A stretch of DNA of 64,000 nt. It comes from Nitrospinota bacterium. Lineage in GTDB: Bacteria; UBA8248. This document shows, one piece after another, positions 1 to 10,002 of this stretch. Numbering within the stretch: the first letter of the stretch is position 1; each line of letters begins with the position of its first letter. A model generated the notes under the pieces. The model saw only the letters and a program-made list of their open reading frames with translations, did no database searches and was not told the DNA's origin. The DNA lies in the NCBI GenBank assembly GCA_030754595.1, contig JASLZZ010000111.1, positions 1 through 64,000 on the forward strand, read 5' to 3'. The position numbers were made by a program, and so were the translations under genes.

Positions 1-345
1 GTTCCCGTCCGTCCTGGCGAGAGGGCTTCTTGCGGTTCGAGCGATGAGGGATGACCGGCCGGATGCCCCGATCAAGCAGTCCTTCCCTGAGCGGGTCGCT
101 GTCGTAACCCCGATCCGCGATCAGGCGCTCGGGACGGGTTCCGGGACGTCCCGGGCCGGGCCTGCGGACCGAGACCGTATCGAGCGTTTTGCCCAGGAGC
201 TTGACCTCCGCCGGCGATGCCGCGTCCAGGTATGCTCCCAGCTGAGTACCCGAGCCATCTGCCAGAACCATCCACTTCGTGCCTTTGCCGCACTTGGTCT
301 TGCCCACGCACGGCCCCCCTTTTTGGCGGGGGCGAAGCTCCCGTC
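1..345 (-). mobile_element. IS5-family (IS427-like) transposase fragment, 5'-truncated, runs off the window edge
   Basis: Minus strand reads DGSFAPAKKGG. After a -1 shift at A5G6 (314-324) it continues VGKTKCGKGTKWMVLADGSG...SPAEVKLL...ERLIADRGYDSDPLREGLLDRGIRPVIPHR, with typical IS5 DDE motifs. No orfA upstream of ~345. Confidence 0.85.
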
Positions 346-460
346 CCCCGGCTCTGATGCACTCTGGAAAGGAAGCAGTTCGCTTCTGGGAAATGGGAGG
401 AACCGCGCGATGCCGAAAATCAATCATTCCTTGAATTCATCCGCCCGTCCGGAGACTTGG

Positions 461-673
461 ATGAAAAAATGGCTCCTCGGGATAAATCCCTTCAAAAAAA
501 AGACCCGCTTCAGCGGGCAACCGGGAGCGTCTCACCACGAATTTCGGGTTTTCCGCCGGAAAAGCCGGCTGGATCGCGAAATGCTCGAAGCCGAGGCGAT
601 GGCCAGGGACCCGGAGGTGGCGGAAGCCTTCAGCGCCGTCATCGAGGCCGGCCAAACCGGCTTACCGGAGTAA
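461..673 (+). CDS. Small hypothetical protein (70 aa)
   Basis: GGAG 6 nt before ATG 461; 3' part of ORF 44..673; no recognisable domain. Confidence 0.35.
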   Translation: MKKWLLGINPFKKKTRFSGQPGASHHEFRVFRRKSRLDREMLEAEAMARDPEVAEAFSAVIEAGQTGLPE

Positions 674-748
674 TTTGAAGGCGGACCGAATTTTCCCTAA
701 CGGGTCCGGTGACCTGACGGGTCCGGCGGGGAAAACGCTCCCGGATTT

Positions 749-2320
749 CTACCCCATCTGGCCCTCGACTACCTTGAAGCGGCGCTGGGGCTGGATTCCC
801 AGTTTCTTCATCCGGCTCTGAAGCGTGGTGGGCTTCATTCCCAGGATTCGCGCCGCGCCCTGCGCGCCCGAGACAACCCCCCCGGTTCGCTCCAACACCT
901 TGAGAATATACTGGCACTCAAACTCCTCGAGCGTCGTGAACTCTTCGGCCTCCGCGCGGGTCAGCGGCTGCGAATCGCCCAGTAGCTGTTTATCGAAGCG
1001 CAGCACCTCGCCCGAGCCCAGAACCAGACCGCGCTCGACGACGTTTTCGAGCTCACGGATGTTCCCCGGCCAGTCATAACGCATGAGACGCTCCATCGCC
1101 TTTGAATCGATTCTTTTAATGGCGCGGTTCATCCCGGGGCCGTATTTGGCCACGAAATGCTCCACCAGCTGGGGAATATCCTCCTTGCGCTCCCGAAGCG
1201 GGGGAACCCGGATCGGAATCACGTTCAGGCGGAAGAATAGATCCTGCCGGAAACGGCCATTTTCGACCTCAGCCTCGAGATCGCGGTTGGTCGCCGCCAC
1301 GATGCGCGTGTCCACCCGAATCGTTTTCGTCCCGCCGACGCGATCGAACTCGCGCTCCTGCATCACACGAAGAATCTTGACCTGCGCCTCCATCGAAATA
1401 TCGCCGATCTCGTCGAGAAAAATCGTCCCCCGGTTCGCGAGTTCGAACCGCCCGAGCTTTCTTTCGATGGCTCCGGTAAACGCCCCTTTCTCGTGGCCAA
1501 AGAGTTCGCTCAGCAATAGCGTGTCCTGCAACGCGGCGCAGTTCACCCTCACCATCATCTTATCGCTGCGAGCGCTCAGGTCGTGTATCGCGTGGGCGAC
1601 GAGTTCCTTGCCCACTCCCGTTTCGCCCACGATAAGCACGGTGACTTCCGTCATGGCCACCCGTTGAATCATGTCCTTGAGATCGGTCATGGCCTGGCTC
1701 GAACCGACAAAATCGGTCTCGGAGAAAGTCTTCAACTCGCTCCGGAGCAGCAGCGCCTCCTTATAGAGGTCCTCCTGGCTGGCCTGAAGGGTGGCATACG
1801 CCCGGGCGTTCGCCACCGCGGTGGCGATGTGGGGCGCCACTTCGGAGAGAAACTGGGCCATTTCTTCGGTGAAAAGGTTGGGCTGAAAACTCGCCACCGC
1901 CATTTCGCCGAATACCTCGTCCTCGATTACGAGGGGGACGCGCACCCCGCTCCTGATTCCCCGCTGGAATACAATCTCGTCCTCGGCGAACGGGCGCTCG
2001 CGGTGAAGATCTTTGTAAATGACATAGGGGGTGCTGCGGCGGTGCTCGATGAACCAGCCGAGGGTGCCGCCCTCGAGAGGGATATCCTTGCCGGGAAGCT
2101 CAAGCCCCTCTTCGCCGCCGGACGTGATGTTGGTCCAGGTGTAGGTTTTCTCGTCCGGGTTGATCAAAAGGAGGGCGACATGATCCAGAGGCAGGACCGC
2201 CTTGAGCTCGGTGGCCACCCGGCCGAGAACCACGTCGAGATTGAGGCTGGAGCTCAATACGTTGTCGATACGCAGGATGACCTGATAGCGCTCTTCGGTG
2301 GTAAGATTCCGAATGGGCAC
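749..2320 (-). CDS. Sigma-54-dependent transcriptional activator, GAF + AAA+ + Fis-HTH (FhlA/NifA-like)
   Basis: GETGVGKE Walker A, ELFGHEKGAFTGA, FLDEIGD, WPGNIRELEN, C-terminal HTH; AGGAGG before GTG 2320. Confidence 0.93.
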   Translation of the reverse strand: MPIRNLTTEERYQVILRIDNVLSSSLNLDVVLGRVATELKAVLPLDHVALLLINPDEKTYTWTNITSGGEEGLELPGKDIPLEGGTLGWFIEHRRSTPYVIYKDLHRERPFAEDEIVFQRGIRSGVRVPLVIEDEVFGEMAVASFQPNLFTEEMAQFLSEVAPHIATAVANARAYATLQASQEDLYKEALLLRSELKTFSETDFVGSSQAMTDLKDMIQRVAMTEVTVLIVGETGVGKELVAHAIHDLSARSDKMMVRVNCAALQDTLLLSELFGHEKGAFTGAIERKLGRFELANRGTIFLDEIGDISMEAQVKILRVMQEREFDRVGGTKTIRVDTRIVAATNRDLEAEVENGRFRQDLFFRLNVIPIRVPPLRERKEDIPQLVEHFVAKYGPGMNRAIKRIDSKAMERLMRYDWPGNIRELENVVERGLVLGSGEVLRFDKQLLGDSQPLTRAEAEEFTTLEEFECQYILKVLERTGGVVSGAQGAARILGMKPTTLQSRMKKLGIQPQRRFKVVEGQMG

Positions 2321-2406
2321 CGTAGAACCCCTCCTTTTTAAGCGGTCCCTTATCTTACCAAGGAGAATTAATCCATAACAGTGGCGCCGAACACGAAAAG
2401 GCCGGA

Positions 2407-3570
2407 ATGACACCTCTGTCGATATATGTCCATATTCCTTTTTGCATCCATAAATGCAGATACTGCGACTTCAACTCCTACGCCCTGGAGGGCCTGCTGG
2501 AGAAGGGCCGCGTCGGAGAGGACTGGGCCGCCGCCTACGCGGGGGCCGCCGTCCGCGATATCGAGAGCCGGGCCGCGGCTTTGGGCCTCGCCGGAAGGCC
2601 CGTCGAGACCGTGTTTTTCGGCGGCGGTACCCCCTCGCTTTTCCCGGCGCCCAAAACCGCGCGCATACTCCGGGCCCTCCGAGAGCATTTCGAGATTCTC
2701 CCCGGGGCCGAAATCTCCCTCGAGGCGAATCCCGGCGCGGCCGAGGCCGGGCGCTTCGCCGACCTCCGGGAAGCCGGAGTCAACCGGATCAGCATCGGCG
2801 TGCAATCCTTCGGCGACGCCGCCCTTCGTCGCCTCGAGCGGGTCCACACCGGAGAGGACGCCCGGGAGGCTTTCCGCTCCGCCCGGCGGGCCGGCTTCGA
2901 GAACATCTCACTCGACCTGATGTTCGGAATTCCCCACCAGGGCCTCGATGAAGCCGCCGCCGATGTCGAAAGCGCGCTCGAGTTGGGTCCCGAGCATCTC
3001 TCGGCCTACGAACTCACTATCGAGCCGGGAACGAATTTCGGCGCGCTCCACGCCCGGGGGGAGCTCGGCGGGCTTCCGGACGAAGACGCCGATCTCGCCA
3101 TGTGGGAGATGCGCGATCACCTTTTCTCGGAGGCCGGCTACGAGCGCTACGAGATCAGCAACTTCTCCAGACCCGGCTTCAGATGCCGCCACAACCTCAA
3201 CTACTGGAGAAGGGGGGAATATCTCGGCGCCGGGGCCGGGGCGCACTCGTTCATCGGCGAGCGGCGCTTCTGGAACCATGCGAGGCCGGACCGCTACATC
3301 GAGGCTTCCAAAGAACCCACCGCGGGCGAAGAGGATGTCGGCTGCACGGAAAAATCGATCGGCGAAACCTTCATGCTCGGGCTTCGGCTGACGGAGGGCG
3401 TCTCGCTCGACGAGGCGGCGCGCTCGTACGGCGCCGACCCAGAGGAAAAATTCGGTGGCGTGTTCTCGGATTTGATCGAGAGCGGGCTCCTCGAGCGCAA
3501 TGGGCGCACCCTCCGGCTCACCCGGAGGGGATTGCTGCTCGCCAACCAGGTGCTCCAAAGATTCATCTAA
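2407..3570 (+). CDS. hemW: Radical SAM heme chaperone HemW (HemN-like)
   Basis: YVHIPFCIHKCRYCDF, FFGGGTPS, YEISNF, HNLNYW. Confidence 0.92.
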   Translation: MTPLSIYVHIPFCIHKCRYCDFNSYALEGLLEKGRVGEDWAAAYAGAAVRDIESRAAALGLAGRPVETVFFGGGTPSLFPAPKTARILRALREHFEILPGAEISLEANPGAAEAGRFADLREAGVNRISIGVQSFGDAALRRLERVHTGEDAREAFRSARRAGFENISLDLMFGIPHQGLDEAAADVESALELGPEHLSAYELTIEPGTNFGALHARGELGGLPDEDADLAMWEMRDHLFSEAGYERYEISNFSRPGFRCRHNLNYWRRGEYLGAGAGAHSFIGERRFWNHARPDRYIEASKEPTAGEEDVGCTEKSIGETFMLGLRLTEGVSLDEAARSYGADPEEKFGGVFSDLIESGLLERNGRTLRLTRRGLLLANQVLQRFI

Positions 3571-3588
3571 GTCTTACCGCCCACCCGC

Positions 3589-5433
3589 TCACTCCGCCTC
3601 CTCCAGCGCTTCCATCAAGGCCGCGCCCTCGTCCGGCGAAGCGGCGATGGTGCGCTGGCCGGAGATGAGTACCCTCCCGGGCGGCGCCCCCCGGGGCCGC
3701 CTCACCCGCTGGAAGGGGACGCAGGCCACCTCCACCCGGCCGCTCCCGCGGGCCTTGCTGTGGTAGGCGGCCAGCGATGCGGCCTGGAGGACGGTCTCCT
3801 CGCTCGCGGCCTCCTCGGCGGCGCCCTCCGGGGTGCGGAGAATGACATGGCTGCCGGGCACCCCCTGGGCGTGAAACCACAAGTCCCCCGATCGGCCGAC
3901 CCGCCGCATCAGGGCGTCGTTTCCAAGGGCGCTTTTCCCCACGAAGATTTGCCAGCCCTCCGGCGCATCGAATCTCCGCCAGGGCCACGCCGCGCCGCTA
4001 TCAGCCGCCTGCCTCCGCCCCCGGCGGGAGGGCTTTTTGTCATCGGACTGGGCCCCTCTCGACATGAAACCGCCCTGGGCCAGGGCCCCCCGGACGGCCT
4101 CCAGGTCCCCCGGCGACTCCGCCTCATCGAGCTCGAATAAAAGCCCTTCGAGAAAACGGACCTTCTCCTCTATATCCTTTCGGCGCTCCTCGGCCACCAC
4201 GCTTTGCCGCCTCAGTTTTTTATAGCGCCGGAAAAACCGCTGCGCGTTTTCAGAGACCGAAAACCTGGGGTCGAGCTCAATCTCGATCCGCCCGCCGCCG
4301 CGCTCCGCGTGAAAAACGCTCGCTTTTTCCGGCACGCCGGTCAGATTCTCCAGAAGAATCTCCCCCTTGAAGCGCTCTTCATCCGCGCTCCTGCTTCCGA
4401 GGAGATCGCGCTCGACGGCTTCAAGCGTCTTTTTCGCCCGGGCGGCGTGACGCGCGACCTCCCGCGAGGCCCGCTCCCGTTCGCCGCCGAATTCCGCCGG
4501 CGAGACAACGGTATCAAAAAAGAAATCGGCGGCCTCGTTCATGGTCTCGTATTTCGTGTAGCCGGCCGGTGGGCGAGACTTCGACTCCAGGGCGATCAGG
4601 CCCGACGGCGTCCCGTCCGGACCGAGCAGGACACAGGGACGGAAATTTTCCTTCCGAAGCTCATCGATAGTTCCGGAGAATTCCGTCCAAACCGCCCGCG
4701 ACCGGTCTTCTTTGCTGTGGAGCGCTTCGGGGCGAGGCGTCCCGGCGCGGGCCGCAATTTCGGCGGCCACCAGCGGGCTCAGCCCCGCGAAGGAGCGCAC
4801 CAGCCACCGGGAAAGGGCGGCGGAGCCTTCTTCCTCCGGGTCATCAACTTCCGGATCGTCGGCTCCCGGTCTTTCGGCCAAAATTTTTTGGCGGAATTCT
4901 CTCTCGCCTATTTCCTCGGGGCGCGGCTTTTTTTGTTCCGGGGGCAACCGGTATTTCGCGCCTCTGACAAGCGGCCTCCTCCGGCTCTGGGCCTCGGAAA
5001 CCTGCCTGATGGAGTCGATAATTTCGCCCGCCCGGGCGTTCACGAGGACAATGTTGCTCCACCGGCCCATGATCTCGGCCATCAGGGCATACCATCCGCC
5101 CGCCTTGCCAGCACCTGGTTTTTCAAGGGTAATCTGGACTACCCGCTCACGCTCCCCGGCCGAGATGCGGGTAACCTCCGCCCCGATGAGATGGTTGCGC
5201 AGAGAGCGGCAAAAATCGGGGGGCTCGGCGGGAGAAGGGATGTTTTTTTCCGTCAAATGAATTCGGGGATAGGCGGGGTCCGCACTCAGGATGAGATTCC
5301 GCGTCTTTTGTCCCGGGCAATCCAAAACGAGCAATAGAGAGCGCCGGCCGGGCTGGACGATTTTCCGAACGCGGCCACCGGCCAATTCATCGCTCAATTC
5401 GCCGGCGATCGCCCGAAGTACATATATATCCAT
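3589..5433 (-). CDS. rqcH: NFACT family ribosome quality control protein Rqc2/RqcH (FbpA-like)
   Basis: NFACT-N (AEIMGRWSNIVL), ENAQRFFRRYKK, NFACT-R (VGKSALGND, WFHAQGVPGSHVIL); start at ATG 5433. Confidence 0.9.
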   Translation of the reverse strand: MDIYVLRAIAGELSDELAGGRVRKIVQPGRRSLLLVLDCPGQKTRNLILSADPAYPRIHLTEKNIPSPAEPPDFCRSLRNHLIGAEVTRISAGERERVVQITLEKPGAGKAGGWYALMAEIMGRWSNIVLVNARAGEIIDSIRQVSEAQSRRRPLVRGAKYRLPPEQKKPRPEEIGEREFRQKILAERPGADDPEVDDPEEEGSAALSRWLVRSFAGLSPLVAAEIAARAGTPRPEALHSKEDRSRAVWTEFSGTIDELRKENFRPCVLLGPDGTPSGLIALESKSRPPAGYTKYETMNEAADFFFDTVVSPAEFGGERERASREVARHAARAKKTLEAVERDLLGSRSADEERFKGEILLENLTGVPEKASVFHAERGGGRIEIELDPRFSVSENAQRFFRRYKKLRRQSVVAEERRKDIEEKVRFLEGLLFELDEAESPGDLEAVRGALAQGGFMSRGAQSDDKKPSRRGRRQAADSGAAWPWRRFDAPEGWQIFVGKSALGNDALMRRVGRSGDLWFHAQGVPGSHVILRTPEGAAEEAASEETVLQAASLAAYHSKARGSGRVEVACVPFQRVRRPRGAPPGRVLISGQRTIAASPDEGAALMEALEEAE

Positions 5434-5599
5434 TAAAACTCCCCGGTGAAGCGGTGCATCCGCTTCCGGTATGACGGGAGGCGGCAGACCCCGGCAGTTC
5501 ACCTGATTAAACCATATCCTCTTTAATCCAATTGACACCATCTTTTTGGGAACTTATTGTAAATTCTCTTGATATTCGCGTGAACAGGGGAGACGAAGC

Positions 5600-6472
5600 G
5601 TGACTGCCAGCATGACAGGATACGGTGCGGGCGATTCCCCCTTCAGGGAGGCCAACTTCTCCGTCGAGGCCCGGTCCGTCAATCACCGCTACCTCGAATC
5701 CACCGTCCGGGGGCCCCGCTGGGCCATCTCCCTCGAAAACGAAGTGAGAGAGGCGGTCAAGAGTCGATTCTCCCGCGGACGCTTCGATGTCTTTATCCAC
5801 TACAACGACGAAAACAACCACCCCCAGGTCATCGATATCGAGGCGGCGAAAAGTTTCGTCGCCTCCCTGAAGACCCTGAGGGAGGAGCTGGGAATCCAGG
5901 GCGAGGTGGACCTCGCGCTTCTCGCCGGTTTTCGCGACGCCCTTAAGGGATCGGAAATATCCTTTTCGGCGGATGAAATCAGAGAACCCCTGATGAGCGC
6001 CCTGGACAGCGCCCTTTCGAATCTGGGCCGGATGCGCCAGCGAGAGGGGGACGCCCTCGAGCGCGACATTCTCAACCATCTCGATGACGTGAAGCGTCTC
6101 ACCGGCGAGGTCAAGGAACGTCTCCCCGATGCACAGAAGGCTCTGACGGAGAGATTGCGGGAGCGCATCCTCAAGCTATCGGAAGGAAGGGATATGGACG
6201 AGGGACGCCTCGAGCAGGAGTTGATCTATGCGGCCGAGCGGGGCGACATCAACGAGGAGCTCAGCCGGCTCGAAAGCCATATCTCCCAGTTCAGGGATCT
6301 CGTCGTAAGCGAGGAGCCAATCGGGCGGAAGCTCGACTTTCTCATTCAGGAAATGAACCGTGAGACGAACACCATCGCGTCGAAGTCCGTGGACCTGATC
6401 CTCACCCAAAAATCCGTTGACCTGAAAAGCGCTCTCGAAAAAATCCGCGAGCAGGTGCAGAACGTGGAGTAA
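5600..6472 (+). CDS. yicC: YicC/YloC family endoribonuclease
   Basis: SMTGYG, RSVNHRYL, GRKLDFLIQEMNRETNTIASK, EKIREQVQNVE. Confidence 0.95.
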   Translation: MTASMTGYGAGDSPFREANFSVEARSVNHRYLESTVRGPRWAISLENEVREAVKSRFSRGRFDVFIHYNDENNHPQVIDIEAAKSFVASLKTLREELGIQGEVDLALLAGFRDALKGSEISFSADEIREPLMSALDSALSNLGRMRQREGDALERDILNHLDDVKRLTGEVKERLPDAQKALTERLRERILKLSEGRDMDEGRLEQELIYAAERGDINEELSRLESHISQFRDLVVSEEPIGRKLDFLIQEMNRETNTIASKSVDLILTQKSVDLKSALEKIREQVQNVE

Positions 6473-6474
6473 AA

Positions 6475-7056
6475 ATGCGCCCCGGCCACCTTTTTGTCCT
6501 GTCCGCCCCCTCGGGCGCCGGAAAATCGACATTGATCGATCGGGCCATCCGCGAGATCCCGGGCATCTGGCACTCCGTCAGCGCGACCACGCGCCAGCCG
6601 AGAAAATATGAAGAGGAAGGCGTTCATTACTACTTCATGGAGCGCGACGCATTCGAGAAAACCATCGCCGAGGGACACTTTCTCGAATGGGCCGAAGTGC
6701 ACGGCGAATGCTACGGCACACCCAGCGAAGAAGTGGACAGGCGACTGGCCGGCGGCGAGGACGTCATCATGGACCTCGACGTTCAGGGCGCCCTTCAGGT
6801 GAAAGAACATCGCCCGGAGGCGATTTTGATTTTCATCATACCGCCCTCGCTTGAAGCGCTTCGCGAGCGGATCGAAGATCGGCGGACGGAAACCGAGGAG
6901 TCCATCCGGAGGCGTCTCTCGATCGCAGAGAAGGAAATGAGCCACCGGGATCAGTACGAACAAGTGATCGTCAACGATGTTCTGGACGATGCGTTCGGCG
7001 ATCTGGCGGGCGTTATTCAAAGCTCCCGCGGCCCGGCGGAGGAGGCGGGCAGTTGA
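6475..7056 (+). CDS. gmk: Guanylate kinase
   Basis: SAPSGAGKST, SATTRQPR, FLEWAEVHG..YGT, DLDVQGA. Confidence 0.96.
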   Translation: MRPGHLFVLSAPSGAGKSTLIDRAIREIPGIWHSVSATTRQPRKYEEEGVHYYFMERDAFEKTIAEGHFLEWAEVHGECYGTPSEEVDRRLAGGEDVIMDLDVQGALQVKEHRPEAILIFIIPPSLEALRERIEDRRTETEESIRRRLSIAEKEMSHRDQYEQVIVNDVLDDAFGDLAGVIQSSRGPAEEAGS

Positions 7057-8294
7057 CTCTCGGGGAGGGCCGCGCCCCGCTGGCGGGGAAGTTCATCGTC
7101 CTCGCCGTCACCGGGGGGATCGCGTCCTATAAATCCATCGACCTCGCGCGCCAGCTCACCCTCGAGGGCGCGGAGGTGCAAACCGTCCTCACCCGGAGCG
7201 CCCGCGCGTTCGTCCAGCCGCTCCCGTTTCAGGTCCTCACCGGCCGTACACCCATCGAGAAAATGTTTCCCGTCGAAGGGGGAGACCATCCCGGGGATAT
7301 GCCCCATATCTCCCTGACGGAGAAGGCCCACCAGGTTGTCCTCGCTCCGGCCACGGCCAACGCAGTCGCCAAATTCGCCCGGGGGGATGGAGACGATTTT
7401 CTCTCGACGCTCCTTCTTTCGGCCAAAGCCCCTGTCATCGTCGCCCCCGCGATGAATCCCCGCATGTGGAGCAGCCCTGCCGTTCAGGAAAACATTCGTC
7501 TCCTCCGCTCACGGGGCCACATCGTCATCGAGCCCGGAGTGGGACGGATGGCCCGGCCCGAAGAGGGCGAGGGGCGGGGAAGGTTGCCCGAGAACGCCGA
7601 AATTCTGGCGGAAATTCACAAAGTGCTATTACCGAATCCCGATTTGGCCGGCCTCCGCCTTTTGGTGTCGGCGGGCCCCACAAGGGAGCGATGGGACGCG
7701 GTGCGCTACCTCTCGAACCGATCGAGCGGAAAGATGGGCTTCGCCATCGCCGAGGCCGCGGCGGGACGGGGAGCGGAGGTCACGCTCGTGAGCGGACCGG
7801 TTTCCCTGTCCGACCCCGCCGGCGTGAAAGTCTTTCGGGTCGAAACCGCGGAGGAAATGCGCATCGCCATGCTGGACGCCTGGCGGAACGCGGACACCGC
7901 CGTCATGGCGGCCGCCGTGGCTGATTACAGGCCTTCGGCTCCCCTGGATGAAAAAAAGAAAAAGGAGAGCGGCCCAGCCGCCATCGAGCTCGAGAGAACG
8001 GCCGACATTCTCGCCGAGATGAGCGAATCGAAGGGCCGGCGCATCCTTGTGGGCTTCGCCGCCGAGACCGGTCAACTCGCCGAAAACGCCATGGACAAAT
8101 TGCGCCGCAAAAAGCTTGACTTTATTGTGGCGAACCTGGTTTCCGGAGAAGAAAACGCCATGGGCGCGGACGCCAGCCGGGCGATCATATTCGACCCATC
8201 GGGGAGCGGTGAGGAGCTTCCGCTCCAAGAAAAATACCTGCTTTCCAGAAAACTTCTGGACCGAATCGCAAAAATGTGGCAAAAGAGTTCTTAA
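7053..8294 (+). CDS. coaBC: Bifunctional phosphopantothenoylcysteine decarboxylase/synthase
   Basis: VTGGIASYK, APAMNPRM, SAGPTRE..D.VRYLSNRSSGKMG, AAVADY, VGFAAET. Confidence 0.96.
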   Translation: MTLGEGRAPLAGKFIVLAVTGGIASYKSIDLARQLTLEGAEVQTVLTRSARAFVQPLPFQVLTGRTPIEKMFPVEGGDHPGDMPHISLTEKAHQVVLAPATANAVAKFARGDGDDFLSTLLLSAKAPVIVAPAMNPRMWSSPAVQENIRLLRSRGHIVIEPGVGRMARPEEGEGRGRLPENAEILAEIHKVLLPNPDLAGLRLLVSAGPTRERWDAVRYLSNRSSGKMGFAIAEAAAGRGAEVTLVSGPVSLSDPAGVKVFRVETAEEMRIAMLDAWRNADTAVMAAAVADYRPSAPLDEKKKKESGPAAIELERTADILAEMSESKGRRILVGFAAETGQLAENAMDKLRRKKLDFIVANLVSGEENAMGADASRAIIFDPSGSGEELPLQEKYLLSRKLLDRIAKMWQKSS

Positions 8295-8345
8295 GCTCGC
8301 ATCTTTACACTTGGAACCACCCACCACGCCCGTTCCAGGGAACCG

Positions 8346-9290
8346 ATGGATACCCGCGATAACGCGTCACGGACACTCTTGAGCCATTTGAATAGCTTGC
8401 GAGACGCCGGCGTACGGTATGTTGCGCTCGGCGGCGCGTCCGCTTACGCATCCCATGACAATTTAAACGGGCAGGGGGAGTTCGGCGGCTCCATCGCCGA
8501 GCCGGGGCCACCTATTTCCGCAACATCCACTTCCACAACACTTCCTGCAACTCAACGCACATCGGACGAAGCTAAACCGCCCGTCCCGCGTTTGGAAGTT
8601 CTGCCGGCCCCGGCCCTCTCCCTGCCCACCAAGGAGGATACGATGCCCCCCGCGAAGGGCTCCGCCCGCCCCAAGGACCCCCCGCCACTGCCCTTCGACC
8701 CGGAAGAGGAGATGACCCTCCCCGAGCTGAACGGGGCGATTGAGGGCTGCACCCGCTGCCAGCTGGGCCACGGCCGGACGAATCTCGTTTTCGGCGTGGG
8801 CAACCCGGACGCGGAGCTCGTATTCGTCGGCGAGGCGCCCGGCCGGGACGAAGACGCCCAGGGCATCCCCTTCGTCGGCCGTGCGGGACAGATGCTCACC
8901 CGAATGATCGAAAATGTCATCGAAATCCCCCGGGGCGATGTCTACATCTGCAACGTTCTCAAGTGCCGCCCGCCCGGCAACCGAAACCCCGAGCCCGGAG
9001 AAATCGACTGCTGCGAGCCCTACCTCCACAAACAGCTCGAGATCATCCGGCCCCGGCTCATCGTCGCCCTCGGCAAATTCGCAGCCCAGTTTCTCCTCGC
9101 CACCCAGATCCCGATTGGCAAGCTGCGCGGCAAGTTCGGCCGCTACCGCGGCATCCCCACCCTCGCCACCTACCATCCGGCCTATCTGCTCCGGAACTCG
9201 AGCCAAAAAAAAGTCGTCATGGGCGACCTCCTCAGGATGAAAGCCGTCCTCAATGGCGAGACCGAACCCGTGGCCGAGATCTACTCCTGA
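8346..9290 (+). CDS. udg: Uracil-DNA glycosylase family 4 with long Pro/Thr-rich N-terminal linker
   Basis: CTRCQL, VGEAPG, PFVGRAG, NVLKCRPPGNRNP, TYHPAYLLR. Confidence 0.93.
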   Translation: MDTRDNASRTLLSHLNSLRDAGVRYVALGGASAYASHDNLNGQGEFGGSIAEPGPPISATSTSTTLPATQRTSDEAKPPVPRLEVLPAPALSLPTKEDTMPPAKGSARPKDPPPLPFDPEEEMTLPELNGAIEGCTRCQLGHGRTNLVFGVGNPDAELVFVGEAPGRDEDAQGIPFVGRAGQMLTRMIENVIEIPRGDVYICNVLKCRPPGNRNPEPGEIDCCEPYLHKQLEIIRPRLIVALGKFAAQFLLATQIPIGKLRGKFGRYRGIPTLATYHPAYLLRNSSQKKVVMGDLLRMKAVLNGETEPVAEIYS

Positions 9291-9483
9291 CCGCTCCGGG
9301 CCTGGCCCCCCACCCCCGGCGACATCCCCGGCTTCATCCTCTGAGTTCGGAGCCCCGTCCCGGACCCTCCCCTCCTATTCAGCCCGGCTGGTTCGCATAT
9401 AAGGCACTAATTTTAAACGGCTTTTATCTTAAGCCAGGCTTCCGCTCCATGCGGATTTTTCGCCCGTGTACGAAATAAACCCC

Positions 9484-9511
9484 TTGACAGGGAAAATGCG
9501 CTCCTTACCAT
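9484..9511 (+). promoter_or_regulatory. Sigma70-type promoter
   Basis: TTGACA (9484-9489), 16-nt spacer, TACCAT (9506-9511) upstream of the 9589 ORF. Confidence 0.6.
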
Positions 9512-9588
9512 GTAACCTGTAATTTTGGATTGACCCCGGGGAGGCTCCCCGGCTCCCCGAGCAGGTTTATGGATGGAGGAAGTCCACC

Positions 9589-9792
9589 ATGAAGCAAATC
9601 GTTCTGGCGGCCGCGGCGATCCTCATCTTCGCCGCCCCGGCGCTCGCCGACGGTGACGGCTACTGCGACTACTCCGCGAAAGCGAGAGTGGCGTACAAGG
9701 GCAAGGCCAAGGTCAAGGTCAAGATCGAAGCCAAGGCCAAAGAAACCGCCAAGGACCAGGCGCCCAAAATCATCGCCTCGTCCCTAAAATAG
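9589..9792 (+). CDS. Small secreted Lys/Ala-rich protein
   Basis: GGAGG SD; Sec signal MKQIVLAAAAILIFAAPALA; GC-rich codon usage. Confidence 0.7.
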   Translation: MKQIVLAAAAILIFAAPALADGDGYCDYSAKARVAYKGKAKVKVKIEAKAKETAKDQAPKIIASSLK

Positions 9793-10002
9793 CGGCGCTA
9801 CCCCCAGGATTTCACGAGTGGGCGTTTCACTGCGCCCCTCGTGCGGCTTCTCTTCGGAACATTAAAAATATCCCCGCACGTCCGCCTCTCATGGCTGCCC
9901 CTGACATGCTTATCTTGCCGCTTTCGCCCCGCCACCTTAATATTGAGACGGCTTTTCCCCCTGGCGAAGTGAACTGGTGAAGGTGATCTGGTAGAGACCC
10001 GA

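Noticed and set aside
44..460. N-terminal part of ORF 44..673 as a protein
   Set aside because: It is the antisense reading of the IS5 transposase fragment.
346..460. Sigma54 -24/-12 promoter near the activator gene
   Set aside because: No TGGCAC-N5-TTGC-like match with correct spacing found by eye.
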